DNA of 64,000 nt from Vicugna vicugna (taxonomy: Eukaryota), in contig MU062317.1 of assembly GCA_013265495.1 (NCBI GenBank), forward strand, positions 1,858,229-1,922,228. The letters are read 5' to 3'. Below are positions 11,341-23,400 of the stretch, piece after piece (position 1 is the first letter of the stretch; each line of letters starts with the position of its first letter). The notes beneath the pieces are model-generated. The model was not told where the DNA came from. It searched no databases and saw only the letters and a program-made list of their open reading frames with translations. The translations under genes and the position numbers were made by a program.

Positions 11341-12061
11341 GCCTGCCCCTGACTCCCCGAAGCAGCACAGGCAGGAAGCAGAGGGCTCAGCGGCTGGGCT
11401 GTTTCAGGGGCAGGGTTAGTTCTCGAGCCTGACTGAGTCAGGGCCCCTGAAAGTGTCCATCTCCAGGCCTGGGACTCTGCTTAGCAAAATGCCCCAGTGA
11501 ACTTGGTGTACAGTCAGGTTTGGTGATGGTGGCCTGTGAAACCACTTAATGAGAACCTGAGCGTCTAGGCAGTTTCCTGAAGACACGTAGGAGGGTTATG
11601 GGAAAGGCCTGAGATTGCGTAACTGCTGATGGGGTGTGGGTTTGGGGGTGACTGCTGCAGACCCAGAGATGAGAAGGGGGCGGGCAGGGCACTTTTCCTG
11701 GGAATCGATGGACTCGAGAGCAGGGAGGACCTTGGTGCCTGATACTGATTGGCAAGGCATTTAAAATGTGCTTTTTGAATCAGTAAGGGACCATCATGTC
11801 TTCTTTACGTTTTCTTAAAATGGAACTGACCGCATACATTGCCCATAATTTAAAACTTGACGTCTTCAGAAAGATGCTAAGCCGCTGAGTAGTGACTGCA
11901 CTTCAGCTGTGGAAGAAGAGCTTTAAAACAGCCGCTCTTCTAGTCTAAACATGTGTTCTCAGATTTAGATGACGCCGGCTCTGAAAAATAAAAGCCAAGA
12001 GTGAGAACTCTGACTTTAACTTGTATCCTTCAGCTAAAAAAAAAAAGTCAGCCTGACCCTG

Positions 12062-12515
12062 TGCAGGGTATCTCTTGCTGGGTAACAAACTACCCCCAGG
12101 TGTGATGACAGAGCAGTGGCTGTGTGCTCACCACTGTCAGTCAGGGCAGGAGAGCTCGCTCCACGCTGGGTGGTGGTGGCTGCGCTCACGCCTGCTTTAC
12201 AGTCAGTCGGCGTGTGGGCTGGTCTGACTTCTGGGACGGCCTTACCTGCGTGGCCACCGGCCAGGGGCACCTCTGTCCTCCATGTGGCCTCTCCAGCAGG
12301 CCGGCTCAGGCCTCTGGGGTAACAGTCCAAAAGGGCAGGGGCAGAAGTGGCTCAGCTCCCTGAGGCCTTTCTGGGAAGTCGCACGGCGTCACCTTTGCTA
12401 CATTCTGGTGGTCCAGGCGAGCTACAAGGCCCAGACAGACTGGAGCGCAGAGAGTAGACTGGCTCTTACAGGAGGAGCTGCGGAAGTCTGTGGCCTTTTT
12501 TTAAATCTGTCACAG
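12062..12515 (-). mobile_element. MaLR solo LTR (older MLT1 subfamily)
   Basis: TATCTCTTGCTGGGTAACAAACTACCCC start, CCTCCATGTGGCCTCTCCAGCAG, GTCACCTTTGCTACATTCTG, ending AAATCTGTCACA. Confidence 0.72.
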
Positions 12516-12779
12516 ACTTCTCTGTAACATGAGATTGAAAGTTGCCTGCTTTAGCATGCCCAGTTCATACTAGCACTTCTGTGGAATGAGTTCCAGAAGT
12601 GAACTCCTTAAAGGCATCGATTTATTTAACAGGTGTTTTCCATATACTTAGCTTTCAGCAAGATACTGCGTGGTGACGAGTAAGTACTGGGAGATAGCGT
12701 CCAATCTTTTATTCTTTTGGGGGGCACTGAGAAATGGTGAATAAGCGAGTTTCAGGTGTAGGGTGAGGGCAGTGAGGTA

Positions 12780-13620
12780 CTGAGTGGAAAGAGGGCACTT
12801 GGTTTAGGTTAACTGGGGAAGGCCATTCCGAGCAGATGTCACCTGAAAGGTGAGCCGGAGCCAGGTGGGTGAAGTGCCTGCGCCCTCCAGGTGCAGAGAA
12901 TAGCGATTGCCAAGGCCCAGGGTGGGCAGGGGCCAGGGTAGCTGAAGCTTCATGGCTGGATGAGGGCCAGAGAAGTCAGGGTTGGAGAGGAAGACAGCCC
13001 TGATCACCCCACCCAGCTTCCCAGGACAGTGGCAGTTTCCCCCTGGAGAGCCGAGGTGTCTGGCCAGTGCCGTCTCTGACTGTCAGGAGTGCCCTGGTGT
13101 GGACGGAGCCTCCCATGGTTGCCCTGCCGTGGAGGAAGGCTTGGGTTTTTCCCTTGGGGCAGTGGGAAGTAAGTCATTGAACATTCTTAAGCAAGAAATG
13201 ACAAGACGTGAATTTTAAAAGCTTGTTCAGGTTGCTGAATGAAGACTGGATATTTGGAAGGGGGAGAGACAAAGATCATGTAAAGGAGACTTGATGAGAA
13301 ACAATATGACTTGGCTACGGATATGGGGGCTGAGGAGATGGAGATAAGTGGGGAGATGCGGATCTGCTTGGGGACAGAGCAGCCAGGGTGCTGATGGAGG
13401 ACGGATGGGAAGGAGTGGAGGGTGAGTCTTAAGTGCTTGCTTTGCAAACTTAGGGCACAGTGATGTCCAGCACTAAGATGAGGACAGAAAGTGGCCAGGT
13501 TTATTGCCTGTCCAGTGGGGATGAGAGCCACACTAGGGACATTTGAAGTCCAGAGTGGACATAGGAAACAAAGTGCAAGCGTTGGCTCATAGGTGTGTTG
13601 ACCTGGAGTCAGTCTGGAAG
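12780..13620 (-). mobile_element. LINE-2 fragment
   Basis: GGGAAGGCCATTCC..GCCAAGGCCCAG..TAGGGACATTTGAAGTCCAG..GACCTGGAGTCA, antisense L2a-like. Confidence 0.62.
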
Positions 13621-13641
13621 TCAGAGGTGTATTTCAGTTCT

Positions 13642-13748
13642 TTAGATTTATTTGTTTTCATTTACTTATTTTTTTAAATAATGAAGGTACTGGGTGGGGA
13701 TAGAACCCACAGTAAGCACGTGCTCTCCCGCTGAGCTATCCCTCCCCC
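13642..13748 (-). mobile_element. Vic-1-like SINE, internally deleted
   Basis: Reverse-complement head (..GCTGAGCTATCCCTCCCC) and T-rich tail; 13-bp TSD GTATTTCAGTTCT at 13629-13641 and 13749-13761. Confidence 0.85.
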
Positions 13749-14667
13749 GTATTTCAGTTCTGTGAAAGGGTGCTGTCACCTGGGCATGGGGGGTAGGAGC
13801 GGGGCTGGGATGCCCAGCCACCAGAGCTCTGAAAGAGGGAGGGCGCAGCAGCCCTGGAGAGGGAGGGAGGGCGGGGAACCCACTGCACGGAGCGCTGCTG
13901 AGGGGTCGGCTGGGAGGGGTCCCTCCGACTTCAGGGCTGCAGGTACCAGGTGCCACGGTGGGGAGCGAAAGCCAGACTCTGGTGAGTTGAACCAGGGGTT
14001 AAGGAAGGGGAGACCACCTGTGTAGATGTGGCTTCAAGAAGCTTTGCTGTGGGGGAGGGAGGTGAAGGAAAGGGCTCAGTAGTTGGTGGCTGATGTGGGA
14101 AGAGTGGAGAGTTCTGTTTTGAAATAGGGAGATCCTAAACCAAATGTTTGTTTGGGTCTCGGAACGTGACTGGATGAAGTCCTCTGGGGTCTTGTTAGAA
14201 CCTAATTCTGGTGGCAGGACGAGCGAGGGAGCTCTTCTACCTGCTCCCAGGCCCTCTCGGACCACACTCTGAGAAGCCAGCTAGTAGAGGAAATTGATGT
14301 GGTAGCAGAAGACTAAAAGCCTTAAGAAAAGCTCAGGGGAGTCTTACCTGTCTTTGTACCCACAGACCGGTCTTGTCACTGGTGCCAGCCATTTGGACTG
14401 GCCCTTCGTTTCATTGGTCCCCTGGCCTCGCAGTTTGTCCCAAGTGGTAAGCTGCTCTCCTCAGTTGAGCAAGTTAGATGCCGCACGGGGCGTGGGGTAG
14501 ACCTAGCTCCGTTAAGTCTCATGAGGCTAAACAGCAGTTTGAATTAGCATACAGTTTAATTTGTTCTATATTTGAAAAATGGGTTGAATTAACTTACAGC
14601 AGCTGATACGTTATTGTCATTTCAGCAGCTCTCCTGTACATAACAGTCTACTGAAAGTGCCTGCTGC

Positions 14668-14802
14668 GGGGAGGGTATAGCTGAGTTTTAGAGTGCGCGC
14701 TTAGCATGCACAAGGTCCTGGGTTGAAGCCCCGTACCTCCATTAAAAATAAATGAATGAATGAATGAATAAGCCTAATTACATCCCCCCAACCAAAAAAA
14801 AA
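14668..14802 (+). mobile_element. Vic-1-like SINE
   Basis: GGGGAGGGTATAGCTGAG..CTTAGCATGCACAAGGTCCTGGGTTGAA..TACCTCC head, (TGAA)n tract and A tail. Confidence 0.87.
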
Positions 14803-15819
14803 GGGCCTGTTAAGCTCAGAATTTTAAGGTTTGGAAGCGACACGGCGAGGTCAAGAAAGATGGCTTTGATTGGGAGGGGGAGGAATTTGATGCCAAACAA
14901 AAGATTGTCTTTTTTCATCTAAGACATATAAAGAAGCAGCATTACAAGCGGGTGCAGCCTAATGTGACAAATTGATATATATAAGTAGCTCTGAAGCTTT
15001 GCAGAAACTGGCCTATTATAAAATCAGAGATGTTCTTGGGGGAGAAAGTTTGAGGGTAATTGGGTCATTTGGAAGAAGAGGCAGAGAGGAGGAAGCAGGT
15101 GCATGATGAACGACTGGCTAGACGTGCCAGCTCCTCGCACTGTCACCCTTGTCTTTCCTGAGTTGTTCCTGTGGCTGAGGTTCGCGGGGGAGGAAGCAGG
15201 GGTGAGAAGAAGGCTCTGGCTCCAGGTGCGCCTCCTGTGACCTGGTCCTGCCTTGGAGATACCCGGGGCGGGGGGAACCAGCGCCACAGTGCTCGCCTGC
15301 AGTTAAGCGCTTTGTGCTGAGTGCTTAGCTGAAATAGACTTTATGGTTGCTTTATAGTGAAATTCTGTTTTTAGTGTTATTACCGAAGTCAGTAATTCGA
15401 GTCATGTGTCTTAGGTAATGAGTGATCAGAAAAGTCAAAGAGCAGAGCGGTTCACGACAGAAGAGCATGGGTCTTACTGAAAGCTTGCTTTTTTTTGTAA
15501 ATACTGACTCCTTTATAGAAACTAACTTTACAAATAATTTTTTTTGAGTTTTTAAGCAAATAGACCAATGCCATTTTTTTTAATGGTTGTTAGGCCTAAA
15601 ACTTCTTTTTCATGAAGAGAAAAACATGTTTGTCAGCTCTAAGACCCACATGGAGAAGGCGTCATTGAAGAGACAGAAGAGGACTCGGCAGACATGGGTA
15701 CAGAGCTTGCGTGCGCTTTTCCCACATGCACGCGCTGGAGTATTCCTTAAATGGCATTTAATTTGGAGGGACACATATTTGAGAGGAGTTGGTTCTGTGA
15801 AAGAAAGATGAGGGGGGAA

Positions 15820-16330
15820 GTATTCTACAAGCTATAAACAGAAAAGTTCTCTGAAGCACGCAGGTAGAGCAGAGCAGTCTGGGTGGCCGTCTAGACATTT
15901 ATGGGAGCGTGGTTCACGACCAATGCAGCGCTGCAGGTCAGCAGGAATGGATGACTTTGACGTGAAAGGTGGTGGGTCAGCTTGCTGTCTGTTGGGAAAA
16001 ATAAAGTTGAAAACTGCGTTCCATGGTACATAGAGACTCTGGGTGGATTAAAGATTTAAGAGTAAAAATTAAAACATGGAAGTGTTCGAAAAATATTGCG
16101 GGAAAGACTTAATAACCTTTGAGGTGAGGTGTATGGGGAAAGGGTTTCTTAGTGTGACGCTGAGGGTAAAAGCATAAAAAGATGATCTGCTTGAATACTC
16201 GGAACACAGCTATAGCAAAAGACATTGGATAGAGGGCCTTTGAACTATAGTTCAAAGGCAAGCAAATTGGAGAAAGTACTGGAAATAAATCTATTATAAG
16301 GGTTAATATCCTTGATACAAAAGGAACATT
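15820..16330 (+). mobile_element. Old LINE-1 ORF2 fragment (L1M/L1ME-like)
   Basis: TATTCTACAAGCTATA..GTGGATTAAAGATTTAA..GGAAAGGGTTTCTTA..GGGTTAATATCC, a decayed L1 ORF2 3' part. Confidence 0.6.
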
Positions 16331-16634
16331 TCCAAAATAAATTGTTCAGCAATTTTATTTTTAGAGATTTATTCATAGGAAAAAAGTAAGAATACTTATT
16401 ACAGCATTAGTTATAAAAACAAAATATTAAAAAAAAGTGTCAGAAACCTTCACTTAACAGTTTCTGGTAAAAAAACAAAAAATTGTTATTAACTGCTAGA
16501 ATATAAGTTTCATGAGGGCAGAGTTTTTTTTTTTAAGTATACATACATATAGGTAATTTTTATTTAAACATAAATGGCATTACACCATTACACTTTATGT
16601 ACTTTTACATATCTTAACGCATTTTGAATGTATT

Positions 16635-16740
16635 TCCAGAGGACAGAGATCTTTGTCTTTTTTATTCCCTGATACATCCTCTAACAGTGCCTGGAACATA
16701 GTACACCTCAAAAAATATTTGTGGAATGAATGAACGAATG
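16635..16740 (+). mobile_element. LINE-2 3' end
   Basis: GAGGACAGAGATCTTTGTC..ACAGTGCCTGGAACATAGTA..AAATATTTTGTGGAATGAATGAA. Confidence 0.8.
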
Positions 16741-17959
16741 AAACTAAATACCCATTGGTAGGGGTCGGTCACATGAAGGAACGCAGAATACTCCGCAGCG
16801 GTTTAAAGGCTGTAAGTGGCTCTTCTTCGTGGTCCTGAGACGAAGGCCGTGCAGTAAAGTGGAAGTGGCGGGAGAAGACGTTTCGGAGCACGTGTAGGTG
16901 GGGAAGTGGTGGTGTTTGAGTTGCGTCTGGCAGTTCTGCACCTCTGTACCAGGTAGTCCAGAGGAAATAGGTGCCCCTGTTCACCCTGTGAGACGGGAGT
17001 TACTTCTTGGGGGCAGATAGGGGCAGGGAGCATGATGCAGTGAGATAACGTCTTACCTGCATTTTTTGTGGAAAATTTACCAGGATGATGAGAGTTAGGA
17101 AGAGGGTGTTTTCATTTTGGAAGAAATATAAAAGCACGTTATGTTTGAAAGTATCAGGAGCTCTCTCAAAGCCAGTGTGACTGAAATGAGCGTATTATCA
17201 GAATTCCATAGTTCCAGTTTCCCTCTTTCTAATCTGAGGTGTGATTGATGAAGGTTGCCCGTGAGGGAGAAGACTTCCAGTGGCGCTGTGTCTGCTCCTC
17301 CATAGCGTCGTAGGTTTTCATGTTTTTCCTGCTTCCTTTGACTAGTTTTCATGTTAGAGTAGATGCTGTTGTTACCAACATAACAGCTATGATCTACTGA
17401 TCTTACTGACAGTACTTTTCAGTAACGTTAGGTAGTAACACTTCAGGAAATCAGTACTGGGCATCTGGCAAAACTAAAGACCGTGAGAAATTTGGTTGGT
17501 CGGGCTCACTGTGCCTGACTCAGAGCCATGTGAAGGAGGGGAGACGCAGCACACCTGTAGCGACCTCTGCAAGGTGACAGAAGGGACAGAGGACGCAGGG
17601 CGGTCTTTGGCCGAAATGAAGCCTTGTGGCTGATAACGTACATTGTAAGAGGCAGAATTCTACTTAAGGGATAAAGCTGGTGGGGGGAGATATTTTGTAT
17701 AATGGATTTTTCAAAATTGATGGACAAGATTACATAGTTTAATGTAAAGGTGCAAAAGCTCTTCTCCTGGAGTGAGGAGCGCCAGGAGTCTCCTAAGTGA
17801 AACCGAGCAGGAGCAGCCTGGGGAGGGGGAGGCAGCTCGCGCTGGAGTTGGGGGCAGCTGCTGGGTCGGAGGCTGAGATGTGCAGGGTGTTCCAGGGTCG
17901 GGGTTGCTGAGGTTCCTCGACCCCCGCTGCCTACCAGGCACTGCGCTACGTGCTGGAGG

Positions 17960-18060
17960 TTGGCAGCCGCGGCCTGCCGTCTCTTCTTGTGTGTGCCACG
18001 AGCTAAGAATGGCTTTTACAGTTTAAGATGGTTGAAAATCAAAAGAAGAATCCTCGGTGG
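17960..18060 (+). mobile_element. MER58-like hAT (Charlie) MITE fragment
   Basis: GGAGGTTGGCAG..CGAGCTAAGAATGGCTTTTACA..GATGGTTGAAAATCAAAAGAAGAAT. Confidence 0.68.
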
Positions 18061-20422
18061 CCTGGGTGAGTAATCAGTCCAAGGCTCAGGTTTGTGCCTG
18101 TAGACAGCTTACCTGAGTGCCCGTCTGTTCCTTGGCCTCTCGGCTGTGACAGGAAAATCAGCACCAGACTGACTGCGTCTGCTGCCCGGGCCTCTGCTCT
18201 GAGCTCTTGGCCATGTGGTGCCTTCTGACCCCTCACCAGCAGAGAACCGGCTTTCCTGAGGTCACATCTGGGACCCAGACCACCTTTCTGATCCCAAATC
18301 CACTGGTTTTCATTGCTGTGCTCACGGTCTCCACAGAGAAACTGCTGTGTGTCTTGCTTTGAAGACTTTCCTGTTACCAGTTATGTGCTAAGCTAACGGG
18401 GCATTCTACACACAAGAACACTAGGTGGGTTTTCTCAATGCTTCCGAATTAAGTTTACTTTGGAATTTCACTGTGGCACCTGAGACTTGAAAGCTCATGT
18501 GCTAGAAGTACTTTGGAAGGAGGGTTCCTCCCCGGTGGTTGTGCTGGAGCAGTGGGGTCTAAAAATTCACTCTGAGGGCAAGGACTAAGTTCTTTGGGTT
18601 TATTGTTTATTTTCTTAATTCTCTTGTTAACAGAACAGACGTGTGGAAGATACAGGGACTTAAGGGCTATGGATTTAGTCATTAAAAAGGCACTTCGTTC
18701 TCCTGAGGGGCATTTCAGCAGAGACGGTAGTTAGGTCTGTAAATTGTACACAGATGTGTGCTGCAGGTGGCCCCCATCCCCAGGGTGGCAACGCGGTCGG
18801 TTGGTCAGGGTGCCTTCCTGGGGTCGTGCTCCTCCACTGACGGGCGGCAAGAGGGACAGCCCTCGCAGGGACATTTGGGGTTGTCACACTTGGGGGGTGC
18901 CGCCCTGAGTTCTGTCCAAGTGGCGTGCACTTGGGCCACTGCATTTGAGGTCTGGCTGCACTCCCTACCTGGGGTGACCCTGCATCCTCCACTGGGCTCT
19001 CCTTACCGGTGTCATCGTCCTCCCCCCGTGACAGTGCCTGGCTTTCGCCGCTGTGCACTTAAGAGCCGCAGAATGTGGCGCTCAGCTCGAGGAGTGCGTG
19101 TTCCTGGTGAGCAGCTTCCTTCAGGGAGCACTTCACTCTCAATGGCAGAGCCAGCCCCTCTGGCTGAGGCCGTCCTCCCTGCCTGAGGGCTGGGGGCCCG
19201 GCGGTCCCGAGCCCGCCGCACCCCGCCAGGCTGCTGCTCGAGTGCACGTGCCACCTTCTCTCTGAAGCAGATGCGAGCGCAGCACCAAGGAGCCAGCAGG
19301 CAGGACGCGCTCCCGCCTCCACTCGGCACCTCAGGGACGCGTATCTATACAACCGCAGTGCGGTTACCAAGGTCAGTGAATGTAAGCCTGTTAGCCCTCT
19401 CCTTTCTATTCTGTGCTGCTCCGTCCGGGAACACGCGTTTAGAAGCCGTGTCTGTCCTTGAGTCTGGAGCACCTGTCTTTGTCGTTCTTGCCCTCGACGC
19501 TGTGAAGAGGCAGGCCGGGTGCCCTGGGTCTGCCGGGCCTCCTCAGGCTTAGAGTCAGGCTGTGCACCTTGGGCAGAGCCCACAGAGACGCTGTCCTGGC
19601 CCTCTCTGATGAGCGTCTCCGGTGCTCTCTGCACGGCTTGAAGGGTCTGATCTGCACGCCTCAAGGTATGGGCCTCGTCTCCTGGCCTCTCGGGTCCCTC
19701 AGACCAGCTCCCGGCTTCGGCCGGCTGCCTCTCCCTCTGTCTCCCTGCAGGAGTCGAAGGTCTCCACGGTGCACCTGTCCTCCAGGCCGGGGCGCACGTC
19801 CCGCCTTCCCTGGGGAAGTGCCTTCCAGTAACCAGGCACTGGGTTCCTCTTGGTCTTGTCCGGGAACATGAAGATTAGGAAGTCAGTTCTGGGTGAATTT
19901 ATTGTGGTGTCCGCCCCACTGCCTTAGTGGGGCGGAGAGCTGGGCGAGGCTCTGGGTGGGGTTGTGGTGGTGGGTTTCTGAGCATCACCTCCTGCTGCTC
20001 TGCCTCCCCCCCACCCCCATCCGCACTCTGAGGCCCAGATTTGAGTCTTCATGCAAAGATTCCCAAATTCACGGCACCTTTAGTGTCCCTAGGATTTTCA
20101 CAGTGCCCCAGGCCAAAATAAGTACCTGAAAGTTCCCTTTATTGAGTCCTTAGGTCCAAACAATCTAAGTATTTATGTCCTAAAACCTTAGTAGCTATTT
20201 GAAAAAGTCATACCCATAAATGGAAGGAAACTTTAACTTTTATTCTTGAATAAACCGCTGTTGTTAACTGACAGGCAACACAGCTTCTCAGACTTCAGGA
20301 TCAGACTGGACGTGGCTGTCTTCATTTCCTGTTCCATGTTTTTTTATCGAAGCAACCGCTGAAAACCCTGCTTTGTAAGGGCGTGCCAGCCTCATGAGGA
20401 TGTGATGTCATGGGGACGGGTG

Positions 20423-20438
20423 CAGCGCCACCTGCTGT
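20423..20438 (-). promoter_or_regulatory. Candidate CTCF site in intron 1
   Basis: Minus strand reads ACAGCAGGTGGCGCTG, one mismatch from the CCAGCAGGTGGCGCTG core consensus. Motif evidence only. Confidence 0.45.
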
Positions 20439-23400
20439 TGGAGCTGTGAACTCCCTTGAGCCAGCTGCTCCTGTGGTGTCTGTCATCTGTCAGGTTTCTC
20501 TGCACTTGTCTCAGCTCAAAATGATTTTGTAACCCAGAGTTCGCTGCACCTTGCTGTGCACTTTGGGAGCTGGAGCTTTTTATGGCTCACAATCTGCCTG
20601 AACTGGTCCCTGCAGCCTAGGGGGCCGTGTGTTTTCCGGGAGGAGGGGCTCACCCACTGGAGGTACCAGGGTGAGGGCGGAAGGCGGGTGTTTCCCTCTC
20701 CAGGAATCAGAGTTGAGTCATTTTGGTTCTGTCTGTCACCAGAGGGGAGGTGGGAGGACACACAGTGGTGTCGACTGAAGGGGCCTCGTTGGCATTTATC
20801 ATGTGTCCTTTATGGAAAAATGAAATTCATCATCTAAGAAACTCTCCTTAAGGCTGGACTTCTGGAAGGTAGCCTGTAGTTTTCCTCTACAGTTGTGGCA
20901 GATGAACTGAAAACATAAATGATTTATCAGAATAACAAGTAAATACCTGTTAGATGCCATTTGGTTCTGGCCATGGCCCTCTCTCCCCCCTTCTATTTTT
21001 GATGCAGCGAGTGGATGAGACAGTGGGGATAGCCATGGCTGCTTTTAAGGAAAAAAAAACTAAAGAGACTTTTCAGGTTGTTTTTTTTTTAAGAACCACA
21101 TGTATCTGTTGACCATAAACTTCTGGGAACTGAATTATCTCTTGCCATATATGTATATATTCGTGTTTGATGCTTTATGACTCCTCTTTGCCAGCCAGAG
21201 TGAAGAGATGAGTGCTTATGTAACTTACAGGGAGGAGTCTGTCACTGTGTTAAAGAGCTGTGTTCTTTCCTGGGGACCCCACTCGTAGTCCCTGTGACGG
21301 GGCAGCCATACCTCCTTTGCCACAGCTGGCTGACCACCCGGCCTGGGGACGGGCTGGTGCAGACGACTTTCTAGCAACAGACACAGCTGACACTGAGTGG
21401 GGGTTGGAATACAGAGTTATGGGTGTTCTTGGATGGTTCCCAAGTCAGGAGCAAAGGTGGCAGAAAGCCAGAGAGCGGGTGCCCCGCAAACGGCGGGGTC
21501 ACCAGGAGCCGGCCACGGGGCCCCGGGCCTGCGTGCGCCCTGTCATGGGGCCTGTCGGGCCTCTCCCTGCTCCCCAGTGGGGCTTCTCTCCTTGGCCAGC
21601 AGAAGAGCCTTGCCCAGACCAGTTGGGTCTGGGGGTTGGGGTAGAGGGAATTAGGAGGCGTTTGAATTGTCCATGTCTAGAGTTAGTCATTTCCAGAGGT
21701 CCTGGGTTCACTCCCCGGTGCCTCCATTAAAATTAACCATTTCCAGAAAGATGTAGTTCTTCATATTAAATCAGGTTTCATTGTCCTTTAAGGCTTTCCA
21801 TTGGCAAACGGAGCTTTCATTGAAGTAACTGGACCATGAACTTCTTTATCCCGTGAAACTGTATGAGGGTATTAAAAGTCAGAGTATGCCATCCATGTAG
21901 CCTGGTTTTCTTGGATGTTTTCAGTCATTGTTTTCTGGGACACTTCCCTCAGAAGCTTCAACAGTATGTGGACCCTTTCCCTGTTATTTCTGAATTAATG
22001 TTATTTTTGACTTTAAAAGAAAAATCAACTGTTGTCAGAGTTTATGTTCTTGATCGTCCCCGCAAATCACCAAATCATTAATTGTTAAAAAAAAAAATTG
22101 TCTCTAATTCTTCAAGGCAAGAATACACTCATGTTTCCAGGATTCCTGTGTGAGAGACCAATGCCTGGGTCTTGGTCCAGACCTGGCAGAGGGCACCAGA
22201 GTCACCCAGAGCCTTTGTGTGTGCGTTCAGAACCCTGGGGAGGGTTCCTGGCAGTGCGGTGGGGAAGGCCAACGGCTCTAAACTGCGCCAGGCTGAAAAG
22301 TGTGCTTTCCTTCTGTAGGAGGAGCATTTGAAGACTTGAGCGGAGGAGTCAGATGTCAGAGCTGTCCTTCAGAGAGATAAATCAGGCTGTGATGCAAAGA
22401 CGGTTGGAGAGGAAGGGGGACAGGGAGGGAGTTACTGGCAGGCTAGGCAAAGAAGCGGAGCTGACAGGAGGCCCGGGAGTGGACGTGGGGTGCAGGGAGG
22501 GGTGCTCTGTGCCTGAGGGGCTGGTGAATGACCATCTGAGGGTTTGGACAGGAAAGCCTGTAACCCCGCCGGGGCTGAGCCCGTGGAGCACTGCACTGGG
22601 GGGTCCTGGGGCTGGGTGCGGGCGGGGAAGGGGGTAGCGAGGAGGTGGGGGGGTGCTCCAGGAAGTGGTGTCACCTGAACCGGTCTGCTGAAGGAGGGGA
22701 CGTGGGGGTGGGTGTCAGATGGTGCTAACATGGGTCAGGTGAGAGGAGGCGCCCCATCCAGGTGGGGCCGTGGCGCATTGTGGTTGAAGGCCAAGGGCTC
22801 AGGTTGGGGGACGAGACGGGTGGGACAGGGAGTCGCCCCGCACAGACAGCGGGTGAAGCCCTGACGCGCGGAGGCAGCGTGCTTCCTGGAAGCCCTTAGG
22901 GAGCGGAGCCCTCGTGCTGCTGTAGGGTGGCGTGCAGAAACGCTGTCAGCTACTTGATTGTAGGATACAAACCAGCTGAAGCTCCAGAGTGAGAAAAAAC
23001 AAGAATTAATGCAGAGGCCTGGAGGTGGGGGGCAGGTCAGTGGGGAGTGTGCCCCCTGCGTGCAGCTCTGCTGCCCTTCTTTCTACTGCTCAGTCCAGGC
23101 TGTGGAGGGTAGCAGCCACCGCTTTCAAGTTCACGTCCCACTTCCAGACCCGAGAGCCTGCACCGCTCACAGTCTCAGCTTCCACGTTATTGGGGGCGAG
23201 TTTGTTCGACGACTTGAGCTGGGGCACCTGCCTGTCCCCGCTGTGGTCAGCTGTGCCTGGGGTGAGTGGGAGGCGGGTGTGTCGTGTGAACGTGCTGCCG
23301 GGAGCCAGGGGGCATCTCGAGACCAGGGTTTGGAGGAGGAAACTGGGAGCAGCTTTTAAGAGCGGTGGCCTGTAGACTGAACACACCCCTCCCGTCCAGA

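Noticed and set aside
15100-17460. ATGATGA (box C-like) motifs near 15103 and 17085 as intronic C/D snoRNAs
   Set aside because: No convincing terminal stem, paired box D or rRNA/snRNA antisense element could be identified by eye.
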